Below are positions 23,499-36,251 of a stretch of DNA of 52,359 nt, piece by piece. Origin of the DNA: Octopus sinensis (Eukaryota); contig NW_021834315.1 of NCBI RefSeq assembly GCF_006345805.1, forward strand, positions 1-52,359, written 5' to 3'. Below the pieces are notes generated by a model, which searched no databases, was not told where the DNA came from, and saw only the letters and a program-made list of their open reading frames with translations. The position numbers were made by a program, and so were the translations under genes. Positions within the stretch are counted from its first letter, which is position 1, and each line of letters starts with the position of its first letter.

Positions 23499-25346
23499 CT
23501 CTCAAAGCTGCTCAATGACGCGCAGTACGGGTATAAGTTTGATAAAAATATAAATCATCTCGTTTACATGGATGATTTAAAGCTTTTTGCAAAATGATCA
23601 ACAACTCAGGGCTTACTAGCGATAGTCAAACAATTCAGTGACGACATCAGAATGCAATTCGGCCTCGATAAATGTGCAAAGGCTACCTTTATCAAAGGAA
23701 AAATGACAGAAACATCTAACGTTAACCTTGACCAACAGAATGTCATAAAAGAACTAGACCCAGCGGAGAGCTACAAGTACCTAGGGATAATTGAAGGGAA
23801 CGGAATAGGCATTCAGAGATGAAGGAAAGGATCAGGAGAGAATGCTATCGAAGAGTGAGAGCAATACTCAGACAGAGCTGAATGCAAGAAACAGGATCGA
23901 AGCAATCAATGCATTAGCTATACCAGTCGTGACTTACAGTTTCAATATTGTTAACTGGTCAATTACTGAAATATGTCAGCTCGACAGAAAAATAAGGAAA
24001 CTGTTGACAATGCATAGAATGCACCACCCTAAGGCAGATACAGAACGACTCTATCTGCCAAGAAAAGAGGGAGGCCGTGGTCTTTTGCAACTGGCAATAA
24101 CAATGAAGATTGCTACAATTGCCTAGACACCTACCTGAAAAACTCTGAGGACTGGATGCTAAAACTTGTCTCAAAACATGAAAACAAGAAAGCATCATAC
24201 TCAGTCACAAAACAGGCAAGGAATATCTAAGTGAATTCCGAATACAACCAATTTCGGAATTAGAGATAGATATACAAGAAACAAGCACAGAAAAAGCTAG
24301 GCGCATGAAAACCCGTGCCAAAACTGCGGCCTTAGATATTCTGAATAATAAATGGCAAGAAAAACCTCTCTATGATGGCAATACCCAAGAGAGCGAATAA
24401 TGATGCAGATATCGACAAAGCCCTGACCCATCAATGGCTAATGGCCTCTGGCTTAAAATCTGAAACAGAGGGGTTTATCATAGCAGCTCAAGATCATGCC
24501 TACCAACAAGAAACTACCAGGCCAACATATTAAAGATCAGAAGCAGTCCAACGTGTCGTGTATGCAAGCAACAAAATGAAACCATTGACCATGTGGTCTC
24601 CAAGTGCAGTCTTCTAGCGCCTACAGAGTATCTCAACAGGCACGATAGAGCTGCACAATATATTCACTGGGTAATCTGTAAAAACCTGGATTTGCCCCAT
24701 GAAAAAAACTGGTGGGAACACAAACCACCCCCAGTGCTTGAAAATGACCACATCTCACTCTTTGGAACTTCACCATTCAAACTGACAGGAAGATAGATGC
24801 AAATAGGCCAGACATCATATTGAAAAACTTCAAACAAAGAACATGCCTCCTCATTGATATGACTGTCCCAATCGATATAAACGTATCTGTCAAGACCTAC
24901 CAAAAACTGAGCAAATATAAAGATCTTGAAATAGAAATCAGCAAAATGTGGAAGCTGAAGACTAAAACAATACCTGTTGTCATAGGTGCCCTGGGAATGA
25001 TAGCAAAAGGGGCTGATAGCTACCTAACTCAGATACCAGGAAACCCAAAAATGGCAGAAGTTCAAAAGATAGTGCTCATGGGAACTGCTCATATCCTACG
25101 CAAAATACTCTCTATATGTAATCTCAAGGTTAAAAACAACATAATTTTCGGTTTAAAAAAAAAAAAAAACCCCTTTTTTTTTTTTTTTTTTCTTTTAGAC
25201 ATTCATTAGTACAACATCCCCACCCCCCAAATATATGGCACACTAGGCATAACAACAACATGAACTTCCAACCCTGTTGTCTCTTGAGGTCTCTGGGTGA
25301 GACTTGGAGCCAACTTGTACAAATATAAAGCAAAAGTCAAACATAG
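23497..25346 (+). mobile_element. R4/Dong-clade RLE non-LTR retrotransposon, copy 1 (5'-truncated, frameshifted)
   Basis: RT motif YMDDLKLF, CCHC knuckle CRVC...H...C, RHD motif, PD-(D/E)xK-type ANRPDIIL..LIDMTVP...K..KY; 3' UTR ends in (TAA)n. Confidence 0.93.
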
Positions 25347-25439
25347 AATAATAATAATAATATAATAATAGTAGTAGTAATAATAATATATAATAATATA
25401 ATAATAATAATATAATAAAATAATAATATAATAATAATA

Positions 25440-27550
25440 AAACGTCACAAACGACACAAAAACTTATCAATAGCCTGGATAGACTATAAAAAGGCTTTTG
25501 ATAGCCTACCACATAGCTGGATTAGGAAATGCCTTGAAATGTATAAGATGCACCAACTCTGCGAAACTTCTTGACTGTAAGTATGAGATCATGGAGACCC
25601 ACACTAACTCTGAACAGTGACAGTGAATCCCTCCTAATTTCGTGTGGCATTTCCAGGGTGACTCACTGTCACCACTCCTCTTTTGTTTATCCTTAATACC
25701 TCTCTCAAAGCTGCTCAATGACGCGCAGTACGGGTATAAAATGTTTGATAAAAATATAAATCATCTCGTTTACATGGATGATTTAAAGCTTTTTGCAAAA
25801 AATGATCAACAACTCAAGGGCTTACTAGCGATAGTCAAACAATTCAGTGACGACATCAGAATGCAATTCGGCCTCGATAAATGTGCAAAGGCTACCTTTA
25901 TCAAAGAAAAATGACAGAAACATCTAACGTTAACCTTGACCAACAGAATGTCATAAAAGAACTAGACCCAGCGGAGAGCTACAAGTACCTAGGGGTAATT
26001 GAAGGGAACGGAATAAGGCATTCAGAGATGAAGGAAAGGATCAGGAGAGAATGCTATCGAAGAGTGAGAGCAATACTCAAGACAGAGCTGAATGCAAGAA
26101 ACAGGATCGAAGCATCAATGCATTAGCTATACCAGTCGTGACTTACAGTTTCAATATTGTTAACTGGTCAATTACTGAAATATGTCAGCTCGACAGAAAA
26201 ATAAGGAAACTGTTGACAATGCATAGAATGCACCACCCTAAGGCAGATACAGAACGACTCTATCTGCCAAGAAAAGAGGGAGGCCGTGGTCTTTTGCAAC
26301 TGGCAATAACAATGAAGATTGCTACAATTGGCCTAGACACCTACCTGAAAAACTCTGAGGACTGGATGTTAAAACTTGTCTCAAAACATGAAAACAAGAA
26401 AGCATCATACTCAGTCACAAAACAGGCAAAGGAATATCTAAGTGAATTCCGAATACAACCAATTTCGGAATTAGAGATAGACATACAAGAAACAAGCACA
26501 GAAAAAGCTAGGCGCATGAAAACCCGTGCCAAAACTGCGGCCTTAGATATTCTGAATAATAAATGGCAAGAAAAACCTCTCTATGGCAAATACCCAAAGA
26601 GAGCGAATAATGCAGATATCGACAAAGCCCTGACCCATCAATGGCTAATGGCCTCTGGCTTAAAATCTGAAACAGAGGGGTTTATCATAGCAGCTCAAGA
26701 TCAATGCCTACCAACAAGAAACTACCAGGCCAACATATTAAAGATCAGAAGCAGTCCAACGTGTCGTGTATGCAAGCAACAAAATGAAACCATTGACCAT
26801 GTGGTCTCCAAGTGCAGTCTTCTAGCGCCTACAGAGTATCTCAACAGGCACGATAGAGCTGCACAATATATTCACTGGTAATCTGTAAAAACCTGGATTT
26901 GCCCCATGAAAAAAACTGGTGGGAACACAAACCACCCCCAGTGCTTGAAAATGACCACATCTCACTCCTCTGGAACTTCACCATTCAAACTGACAGGAAG
27001 ATAGATGCAAATAGGCCAGACATCATATTGAAAGACTTCAAACAAAGAACATGCCTCCTCATTGATATGACTGTCTCAATCGATATAAACGTATCTGTCA
27101 GGACCTACCAAAAACTGAGCAAATATAAAGATCTTGAAATAGAAATCAGCAAAATGTGGAAGCTGAACTCTAAAACAATACCTGTTGTCATAGGTGCCCT
27201 GGGAATGATAGCAAAAGGGGCTGATAGCTACCTAACTCAGATACCAGGAAACCCAAAAATGGCAGAAGTTCAAAAGATAGTGCTCATGGGAACTGCTCAT
27301 ATCCTACGAAAAAACTCTCTATGTAACCTCAAGGTTTAAAACAACCATAATTTTCGGTTTAAAAAAAAAAAAAAAACCCCTTTTTTTTTTTTTTTCTTTT
27401 AGACATTCATTAGTACAACATCCCCACCCCCCAAATATATGGCACACTAGGCATAACAACAACATGAACTTCCAACCCTGTTGTCTCTTGAGGTCTCTGG
27501 GTGAGACTTGGAGCCAACTTGTACAAATATAAAGCAAAAGTCAAACATAG
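25440..27550 (+). mobile_element. R4/Dong-clade RLE retrotransposon, copy 2 (5'-truncated within RT)
   Basis: WIDYKKAFDS, FQGDSLSPLLF, YMDD, CCHC, RHD and RPD motifs in ORF pieces 25642-25914, 26051-26881 and 26899-27339; flanked by (TAA)n. Confidence 0.95.
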
Positions 27551-27639
27551 AATAATAATAATAATAATATAGTAGTATAATAATAATAATAAAATAATAA
27601 TAATAATAATAATAAATAATAATAATAATAATAATAATA

Positions 27640-29734
27640 AAACGTCACAAACGACACAAAAACTTATCAATAGCCTGGATAGACTATAAAAAGGCTTTTT
27701 ATAGCCTACCACATAGCTGGATTAGGAAATGCCTTGAAATGTATAAGATAGCACCAACTCTGCGAAACTTCTTGACTGTAAGTATGAGATCATGGAGAAC
27801 CACACTAACTCTGAAGTGACAGTGAATCCCTAATTTCGTGTGGCATTTCCAGGGTGACTCACTGTCACCACTCCTCTTTTGTTTATCCTTAACCCTCTCT
27901 CAAAGCTGCTCAATGACGCGCATACGGGTATAAAATGTTTGATAAAAATATAAATCATCTCGTTTACATGGATGATTTAAAGCTTTTTGCAAAAAATGAT
28001 CAACAACTCAAGGGCTTACTAGCGATAGTCAAACAATTCAGTGACGACATCAGAATGCAATTCGGCCTCGATAAATGTGCAAAGGCTACCTTTATCAAAG
28101 GAAAAATGACAGAACATCATCTAACGTTAACCTTGACCAACAGAATGTCATAAAAGAACTAGACCCAGCGGAGAGCTACAAGTACCTAGGGGTAATTGAA
28201 GGGAACGGAATAAGGCATTCAGAGATGAAGGAAAGGATCAGGAGAGAATGCTATCGAAGAGTGAGAGCAATACTCAAGACAGAGCTGAATGCAAGAAACA
28301 GGATCGAAGCAATCAATGCATTAGCTATACCAGTCGTGACTTACAGTTTCAATATTGTTAACTGGTCAATTACTGAAATATGTCAGCTCGACAGAAAAAT
28401 AAGGAAACTGTTGACAATGCATAGAATGCACCACCCTAAGGCAGATACAGAACGACTCTATCTGCCAAGAAAAGAGGGAGGCCGTGGTCTTTTGCAACTG
28501 GCAATAACAATGAAGATTGCTACAATTGGCCTAGACACCTACCTGAAAAACTCTGAGGACTGGATGTTAAAACTTGTCTCAAAACATGAAAACAAGAAAG
28601 CATCATACTCAGTCACAAAACAGGCAAAGGAATATCTAAGTGAATTCCGAATACAACCAATTTCGGAATTAGAGATAGACATACAAGAAACAAGCACAGA
28701 AAAAGCTAGGCGCATGAAAACCCGTGCCAAAACTGCGGCCTTAGATATTCTGAATAATAAATGGCAAGAAAACCTCTCTATGGCAAATACCCAAAGAGAG
28801 CGAATAATGCAGATATCGACAAAGCCCTGACCCATCAATGGCTAATGGCCTCTGGCTTAAAATCTGAAACAGAGGGGTTTATCATAGCAGCTCAAGATCA
28901 ATGCCTACCAACAAGAAACTACCAGGCCAACATATTAAAGATCAGAAGCAGTCCAACGTGTCGTGTATGCAAGCAACAAAATGAAACCATTGACCATGTG
29001 GTCTCCAAGTGCAGTCTTCTAGCGCCTACAGAGTATCTCAACAGGCACGATAGAGCTGCACAATATATTCACTGGTAATCTGTAAAAACCTGGATTTGCC
29101 CCATGAAAAAAAACTGGTGGGAACACAAACCACCCCCAGTGCTTGAAAATGACCACATCTCACTCCTCTGGAACTTCACCATTCAAACTGACAGGAAGAT
29201 AGATGCAAATAGGCCAGACATCATATTGAAAGACTTCAAACAAAGAACATGCCTCCTCATTGATATGACTGTCTCAATCGATATAAACGTATCTGTCAGG
29301 ACCTACCAAAAACTGAGCAAATATAAAGATCTTGAAATAGAAATCAGCAAAATGTGGAAGCTGAAGACTAAAACAATACCTGTTGTCATAGGGCCCTGGG
29401 AATGATAGCAAAAGGGGCTGATAGCTACCTAACTCAGATACCAGGAAACCCAAAAATGGCAGAAGTTCAAAAGATAGTGCTCATGGGAACTGCTCATATC
29501 CTACGAAATACTCTCTATGTAACCTCAAGTTTAAAAACAACCATAATTTTCGGTTTAAAAAAAAAAAAAAAAAAATTTTTTTTTTTAGACATTCATTAGT
29601 ACAACATCCCCACCCCCCAAATATATGGCACACTAGGCATAACAACAACATGAACTTCCAACCCTGTTGTCTCTTGAGGTCTCTGGGTGAGACTTGGAGC
29701 CAACTTGTACAAATATAAAGCAAAAGTCAAACAG
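27640..29734 (+). mobile_element. R4/Dong-clade RLE retrotransposon, copy 3
   Basis: Near-identical to copy 2 with the same 5' breakpoint aacgtcacaaacgacacaaa; ORF pieces from 27935 to 29599. Confidence 0.95.
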
Positions 29735-29784
29735 AATAATAATAATAATAATGATAATAAATAACAATAATAGTAGTAGTAGTA

Positions 29785-29833
<49 letters not shown>

Positions 29834-29990
29834 GATAAGAAGAGAAGAAGAAGAAGAAGAAAGAGAAGAAGAAGAAGGAAGAAGAAGAAGAGGAAGAAGG
29901 AGAAGAAGAAGAAGAAAAAGAAGAGGAAGAAGGAGGAGAAGAAGAAGAAGAAGAAAAGAAGAAGAGAAGAAGAAGAAGAAGAAGAAGAAA
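29735..29990. repeat. (TAA)n then (GAA)n microsatellite
   Basis: Seen directly. Confidence 0.95.
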
Positions 29991-29994
29991 GCAA

Positions 29995-30330
29995 ATGATG
30001 CTGGATCATAGATATAGCATGCCCAGCTGACAACAAGGTATGCGATAAGGAAGAAAGAAAAGTCGATAGATATGATAGGTTAGCTTGGGAGGTTAAGCAG
30101 TTGTGGTCGATGAAAATAATTATCGGAGCCCTGCGAACAGTGAGTAAAAATCTTGAGAAGTACATGGAACAAATAGGGGCTGCAATAAGGGTGGAGCACT
30201 TGCAGAAAGCAGCACCGATTGGAACCTTCGAATACTCTGGAAGGTGCTCGAAAACTAACGGGTGTTGCCTTAGTTCACTGGTAGTGAACAGCTGGTACTG
30301 TAGTACATCTCCAGCGTTAGAAGCTGTGCA
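29995..30330 (+). mobile_element. 3' end of a second, divergent R4/Dong-type family (RLE C-terminus and 3' UTR)
   Basis: Translation CWIIDIACPADNKVCDKEERKVDRYDRLAWEVKQLWSMK.IIGAL.TVSKNLEKY...LQKAA.IGT aligns with LIDMTV...KYKDLEIEISKMW...VIGALG...QKIVLMGT of copies 1-3; followed by (CAA)n(TAA)n. Confidence 0.85.
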
Positions 30331-30357
30331 ACGACAACAACAACAACAACAACAATA

Positions 30358-30401
<44 letters not shown>

Positions 30402-30439
30402 TAATAATAATAATAATAATAATAATGATAATAATAATA

Positions 30440-30655
30440 ATCTTTTCTACTATAGGCATATGTCCTGCAATTTGGAGGAGAGGGGGAGGGGTCTTGTTGA
30501 TTATATCAACCCCAGTATTCAACTGGTATGTATTTTGTCGATGCTAAAAGCATGAATAGAAAAGTTGGTTTCGGTGGGATATGAATTCAAAGCGTAAAAC
30601 CGGAAGAAATAACGCAGCGTATTTTTCTTTTCTGACATAGTAACGATTTCGCCAA
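30440..30655 (-). mobile_element. SINE family B, diverged
   Basis: tcttttctactataggcat...accccagt..caactggta matches tail 2 and core in reverse. Confidence 0.6.
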
Positions 30656-32023
30656 AATGTGTCTGGAACAATTAAGAATTCGATGACGAAAGGAAAAGTA
30701 CAAAATCCTTCGACTCGACACCAACAACCACCCATTTACCACCCATTTACCACCCATTTACCACTCATCGCATTCATTCTTGAAGGCGAAAATAGTCATG
30801 GCGATGATGGTGACAGTGGGAGGTCGAGATGAAGGGTGAGAGAGACACCTTCTCAGACTTCTCTCCAACACCTCGCAACGCCCCTCCTCCCCACCTTGCA
30901 TTTATTAAAATTCGAGACGTGATGTGGATATCTTCATTAGCAAAGAGATATGAAATCTGCAAAAAAAAAAAGAAAATGGAAAGCATAAAAATAAACATAA
31001 AGAAACACTTTCTCACCTGCTTTGGCCATAACTACACAACATAGTTTAGGTGTTTGCTGATGTTGTTACCTTAGTTAGTGTTTGCTTTTTATTTGTTTTT
31101 GTTGCTGTTTTAGTGTTTTTTGGCTGTATTTTATGTTTTTTATTCAATCATTATTGCTTCTGTTTTTTTTTATATTGAGCTTTTAGAAGGTATTGCTGCT
31201 CTTGTTTTTTCGAGGGTTTTTATTTATTGTTGCCTTTTTTATAGATGTTATTGCTATTATTTTTGCTGATGTGCTGGTGGTCACTGCTGTTGTTGTTGTA
31301 ACAATTGTTGCCGTCCTTATTTTTGTTGTTGCTGTGGTTATTTTCCCTGGTTTTGTCGTTGTTGTTTTTGTGTTCTTATTGCTACAGGTGTTTTTTTACC
31401 TGTTTCTGCTGATGTTGATGTAGGGCTTTGATTACTGTTGCTGTTGTTGCTGCTCGTGTTACTGTTGTTCTTATTACTGCTGTCACTGTCATTGCTTTTC
31501 CTTGTGTTATTGTTGTAGTTGTTGTCGTTGGAGTTGTGGTTTGTGTTGATGGTGTTGTTGCTGATGTTGTTGCATTCGAAAAAGCTATGTATTTAGTGCT
31601 TAATTTGGTGAAACCGGTAAATGAACAAAGATACATCAACATTCATACATATAATGTGCATGTGCTGATGGCGAAGATGGCAGAGAGAGTAGCAATAAAA
31701 TGGCGGTCGTATTGATAGCTGTAATATTAGTGGGGTTGCTGGTGGTGTCGATGGATGTAAATGGTATTCTGTTGTGTAGTGTGGTGAGGTGTAGTGTTAG
31801 TTTCTGTTCTTTTTTACTCATGGGTTTTACTTGCAAATCAAACTAGAGTGTTAAGCGACCGTAAAGCTGGTTGAACTCTCTTAAACACTGGAGAGAGAAA
31901 AATAAAACCCCAAAAAACAAAAACAAATTACAAAAATATAAGCAAACAAACAAATGAATAAATAAATACATTGAAAGAATGAAAAAAATTTGTTTTCAAA
32001 TATTTAAAAAAAAATTAGTTTAA

Positions 32024-32074
<51 letters not shown>

Positions 32075-32328
32075 ATAAAAACAACCCTCAAAATAATTTG
32101 CATAAAATGGCGGTTGTAACGAAGACAGTAGAGAAAATAATGTTGGGAGTGTTGGAGGAGAAATATGAAAGAGAGTGGGAGGATAGTGGGGAAGAGGATA
32201 GTAAAGGAGAAAATAGAGGAAGGGGGAAAGAATGAGTGAGAGTAGGAGTGTGTGAGACAGAAAGAGAAAAGTGAGGGAGAGAAACGAGAACATGTAGGTG
32301 GTGGAGGACATGATGACCGTGGTTGTCG

Positions 32329-32329
<1 letters not shown>

Positions 32330-32393
<64 letters not shown>

Positions 32394-32442
32394 GTTGTTA
32401 TTATTATTATTATTGTTGTTATTATTATTGTTATTATTATTA

Positions 32443-32475
<33 letters not shown>

Positions 32476-33180
32476 GAGCTATTACACGCTACTTCAGTTC
32501 AGTAAGAATGTTAACTTGAGGACTGGTATTATCAGACCCCCTCAGCTGATGCCCCTGTGGCAAATAAATGAAATCATCTTCCTGATTATCTTTCTCCTCC
32601 TCCTCCTCGTTCTTCTTCTTCTTCTCTTCTTCTTCTTCTTCCTTCTTCTCTTCTTCTTCTTCTCTTCTTCTTCTTCTCTTCTTCTTCTTCTTCTTCTCCT
32701 TCTTCTTCTTCTCTTCTTCTTCTTCTCTTCTTCTTCTTCTTCTTCTTCTTCTCTTCTTCTTCTTCTTTTCTTCTTCTTTCTTCTTCTTCTTTCTTCTTCT
32801 TCTTCTTTCTTCTCTTCTTCTTCTTCTTCTTCTTCTCCTTCTTCTCATTATTATTATGTTCAGAGAAATCAAGGTGCAAACAAAGACGATGATGATAAAA
32901 GAGGTGGAAGAAGGGGGGGAAAGAGGGGAAAGAGGACGAAGATGAACAGGAAAGAGTAGGGGTAGAAAGCGAAGAAAATGTAGTAGTAGTAGTAGTAGTA
33001 GTAGTAGCAGCAGAAAAAGGAAGACGATGTGGAGGAAGAGGACGAAGCGAAGAAGAAGAAGAAGAAGTAGATGAAGGAGGAGAAGAAGAAGAAGAAAAAG
33101 AAGAAGAAGAAGAAGAAGAAGAAGAAGAAGAAGAAAAGAAGAAGAAGAAGAGAAGAAGAAGAAGAAGAAGAATGAGAAGA
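32330..33180. repeat. (TTA)n, (TTC)n and (GAA)n microsatellites
   Basis: Seen directly; (TTC)n at 32610-32845 and (GAA)n at 33045-33172 are mutually complementary. Confidence 0.95.
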
Positions 33181-34007
33181 GGGAGAAGAATAGAGATGAA
33201 GCAAATGAAAGATGAGACAAAAATGTCTGTAAAAGAGAATTATGTGAAGAAGAAAAGATTTGGGTGATGAGGAGGTATCTAGGGTGGAAGGGAGAGGAAG
33301 GAGGAGGAAGAACAAGAACAAAAGAAAAAAAGATAAAATGAATTGAAAAATGAAACAAAAAATGGCGGACGTGAGATGTCAGTGATTGGAGAAGATGGCA
33401 ACTGTTAACCCGGATAAACGCCGAATTAAATATAAACAGATAACGAGAGCCATAGAGAGATGAACATGAAAAAAATATTAAAAAAAGCAAGGGTGGAAAA
33501 AAAAGACAAAAAGAACCCTAAAATATGACTGTGTATAAAATAAAAGTAGCGATATTGTACATATGTTGAAGTATAATGAAAACAAACAGCGATACAAAAT
33601 GGCGGAAAACATTGTCGTTGAATTAACGATGATACGATTATTATTATTGTGATTAGATGCTGGCACACGACCTAATGTTGTTGGTGGTAATGGTGGTGGT
33701 TGTTGTTTGTGGTGATTAGGTAGCAAGTGGGGTGCAGTGGGGAGTGATGGTTGGCTGCCTTGCCGGTTAGTTGGTTGGTTTGTTGCTGTTGTTTAGCTCC
33801 CAACCCAGCTCAGCTCTGACTGGGGTAGATCTATGAACCAAGGCGTTTCAATCTTAAACAATGGTTCATTCTTAAATAAAAAAATATCGTTCACTACATT
33901 ATCCCGTGTGTTCTTCATTTCTCGAAAACGAAAGATTATTGTTTTAGGAATGTTTGGTTCTTATTTCTAGCAGGTCATGCTTGCTATCACCTCAAATAGC
34001 ATTCATG

Positions 34008-34209
34008 ACTCTTTTACTTGTTTCAGTCATTTGACTGTGGCCATGCTGGAGCACCACCTTTACTCGAACAAATCGACCCCAGGACTTATTCTGTGTAAGC
34101 CTAGTGCTTATTCTATCGGTTTTTTTGCCGAACCTCAAAGTTACGGGGACGTAAACACACCAGCATCGGTTGTCAAGCGATGTTGGGGAGACAAACACAA
34201 ACACATACA

Positions 34210-34261
<52 letters not shown>

Positions 34262-34422
34262 ACGAGATTCTTTCAGTTTCCGTCTACCAAATCCACTCAC
34301 AAAGCTTTGGTCAGCCCGAGGCTATAGTAGAAGACACTTGCCCAAGGTGCCACGCAGTGGGAATGAACCCGATCCCATGTGGTTGGTAAGAAAGCTATTT
34401 ACCACACAGCCACTCCTGCGCC
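34008..34422 (-). mobile_element. SINE family A, full-length
   Basis: Reverse complement closely matches 10231-10632 from ggcgcaggagtggctgtgtgg to cagtcaaatgactgaaacaagtaaaagagt. Confidence 0.92.
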
Positions 34423-34461
34423 CATGAGTTTGTTTTTTCCCTAGGTTTCTTAAACATATAG

Positions 34462-34712
34462 ATGCAGGCATGGCTGTGTGGTTAAGACGCTCGCTTTGTA
34501 ACCGATGTAGTTTCAAGTTTAGTCCCGTTTTGCGGTATCTTCGACAAGTGTCTCTACTATAGCCCTGGGCCAACAAATACCTTATGACTGAATTTGGTAG
34601 ACGGAAACTGCGTGGAAGCCTGTCGAATATATATATATAGGCCCATGAGTGGCGTGGTACTGTGGTAAGAAGCTTGTTTCTCAACAACCACATGGATCCG
34701 GGTTCAGTCTCA
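34462..34712 (+). mobile_element. SINE family A, 5' half plus a second head fragment
   Basis: gcaggcatggctgtgtggttaag...gtagacggaaactgcgtggaagcc, then tgtggtaagaagcttg...ccacatggatccgggttcagtc. Confidence 0.7.
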
Positions 34713-34729
34713 TATTTGGTCAACGTAGT

Positions 34730-35243
34730 CTGCAGGCACACTTGTGACTAATAAGGCCCATTGAGGCAGGCAAGCACAGCCGCAGTGGCGACGGTTAAAG
34801 GTCTGGTCATGATTTGATGACGTGCTGTAGCGTTTCTTCCTCCTGCGCCATTTTTTCCCTTCAAAGGCTCCGAAAGTAGCATGATAGATGATGTGATGCC
34901 AAGCATCACCGCCCTCGCTAAGGTACAACGACTGGCGACGGTCGATGTGACAGGAGGCAGCAACAGATTTTTTTCAAACTGTCTTTGTTGTCGCTTGTTT
35001 GGTGGTCTTCGGTGGCAATGGCATGTGGAGAGATCCTTCATCGAGGACACGTGTGTCCTGCTCAGCCTGTCTGGAACTTCGGCACCATGGCCTTGATGAT
35101 GGTCATCGCTGCCTGTTTAAGGGCTTCAACATTGATAACGGAATCTTTGAAATGGGATTTGATAATGGAGCAGAGGCAGCGCTGGTGGAACCGTTCGAGG
35201 AGACGTAAAAAGTGGTAATAAGGGACTCACAATTCTCAGCCAT
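34730..35243 (-). pseudogene. RTE-clade (BovB-like) LINE, degenerate C-terminal fragment
   Basis: Broken minus-strand translation [13 protein letters not shown]...NVEALKQA...AG...DAWHHII...HCGCAC...GLISH resembles the RTE post-RT region with its terminal Zn finger. Confidence 0.7.
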
Positions 35244-35244
35244 G

Positions 35245-35316
<72 letters not shown>

Positions 35317-35321
35317 CCTAC

Positions 35322-35397
<76 letters not shown>

Positions 35398-35444
35398 ATA
35401 TCTATCTATCTATCTATCTATCTATCTGTCTATCTACCTATCTG
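35244..35444. repeat. (TATC)n microsatellite
   Basis: Seen directly. Confidence 0.97.
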
Positions 35445-35832
35445 CATGAATTTACCAAGAATGGCACGTGTGAATGATGGAGCCAGCTTGAGCATAATCC
35501 TATGAATCAAAAGTAAAAAACAAAATGAAAGGAAAAAAGAGGGCCACTTACTGTAATGCGTTTTCTCTTTGCATGACACTATTGCCCAAGGTTCCCGTGG
35601 TCTTTTCCGTAGGCTTTTCTATCCACGGACAAACCTAATCTGTTTTCCCCTTTTACACAGACATTTCTGTGATACACGATCCCTATTGATCGGCCACCCA
35701 CATTTTTTTTCACGATCCCTTTTGATCGGAATTAACCACTCCCTGTTTTCCTCTTCTCTTCTTCCCAAAATGTAAAGCTCTACTTTATATTTTGTCCCTT
35801 CTGTGTTTAGCCCTGCGTGGCCAATAAAGAAA
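35445..35832 (+). mobile_element. Probable 3' end (ORF terminus, 3' UTR, AATAAA) of a (TATC)n-associated LINE, likely Tx1-type
   Basis: Island flanked on both sides by (TATC)n; reads ...[15 protein letters not shown] then a pyrimidine-rich UTR ending ccaataaagaa|atct; the link to the Tx1 at 42308 is inferred from the shared context. Confidence 0.5.
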
Positions 35833-35884
35833 TCTATCTGTCTCTCTATCTATCTATCGATCGATCGTTCTATCTGACTCTCTC

Positions 35885-35956
<72 letters not shown>

Positions 35957-36054
35957 ATATTTCTCCCTCTCCCTACTCTCTTTATACATACACACACACA
36001 TATATATATATATAGAGAAATATATCTTTATATAAAGATATATATATACATATC

Positions 36055-36092
<38 letters not shown>

Positions 36093-36125
36093 TATATATA
36101 TATATATATATATATACGTATATAT

Positions 36126-36179
<54 letters not shown>

Positions 36180-36210
36180 GCTTGCGTGTATTAGCCTGCG
36201 TTTCTGTGTG

Positions 36211-36251
<41 letters not shown>

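Noticed and set aside
30727-30765. 11-bp tandem repeat (accacccattt) as a telomeric or regulatory array
   Set aside because: About three copies only and not TTAGGG-like; simple slippage is sufficient.
29596-33490. Minus-strand ORFs of 308 aa and 333 aa
   Set aside because: They run through (TAA)n and (GAA)n tracts and antisense to LINE ends.
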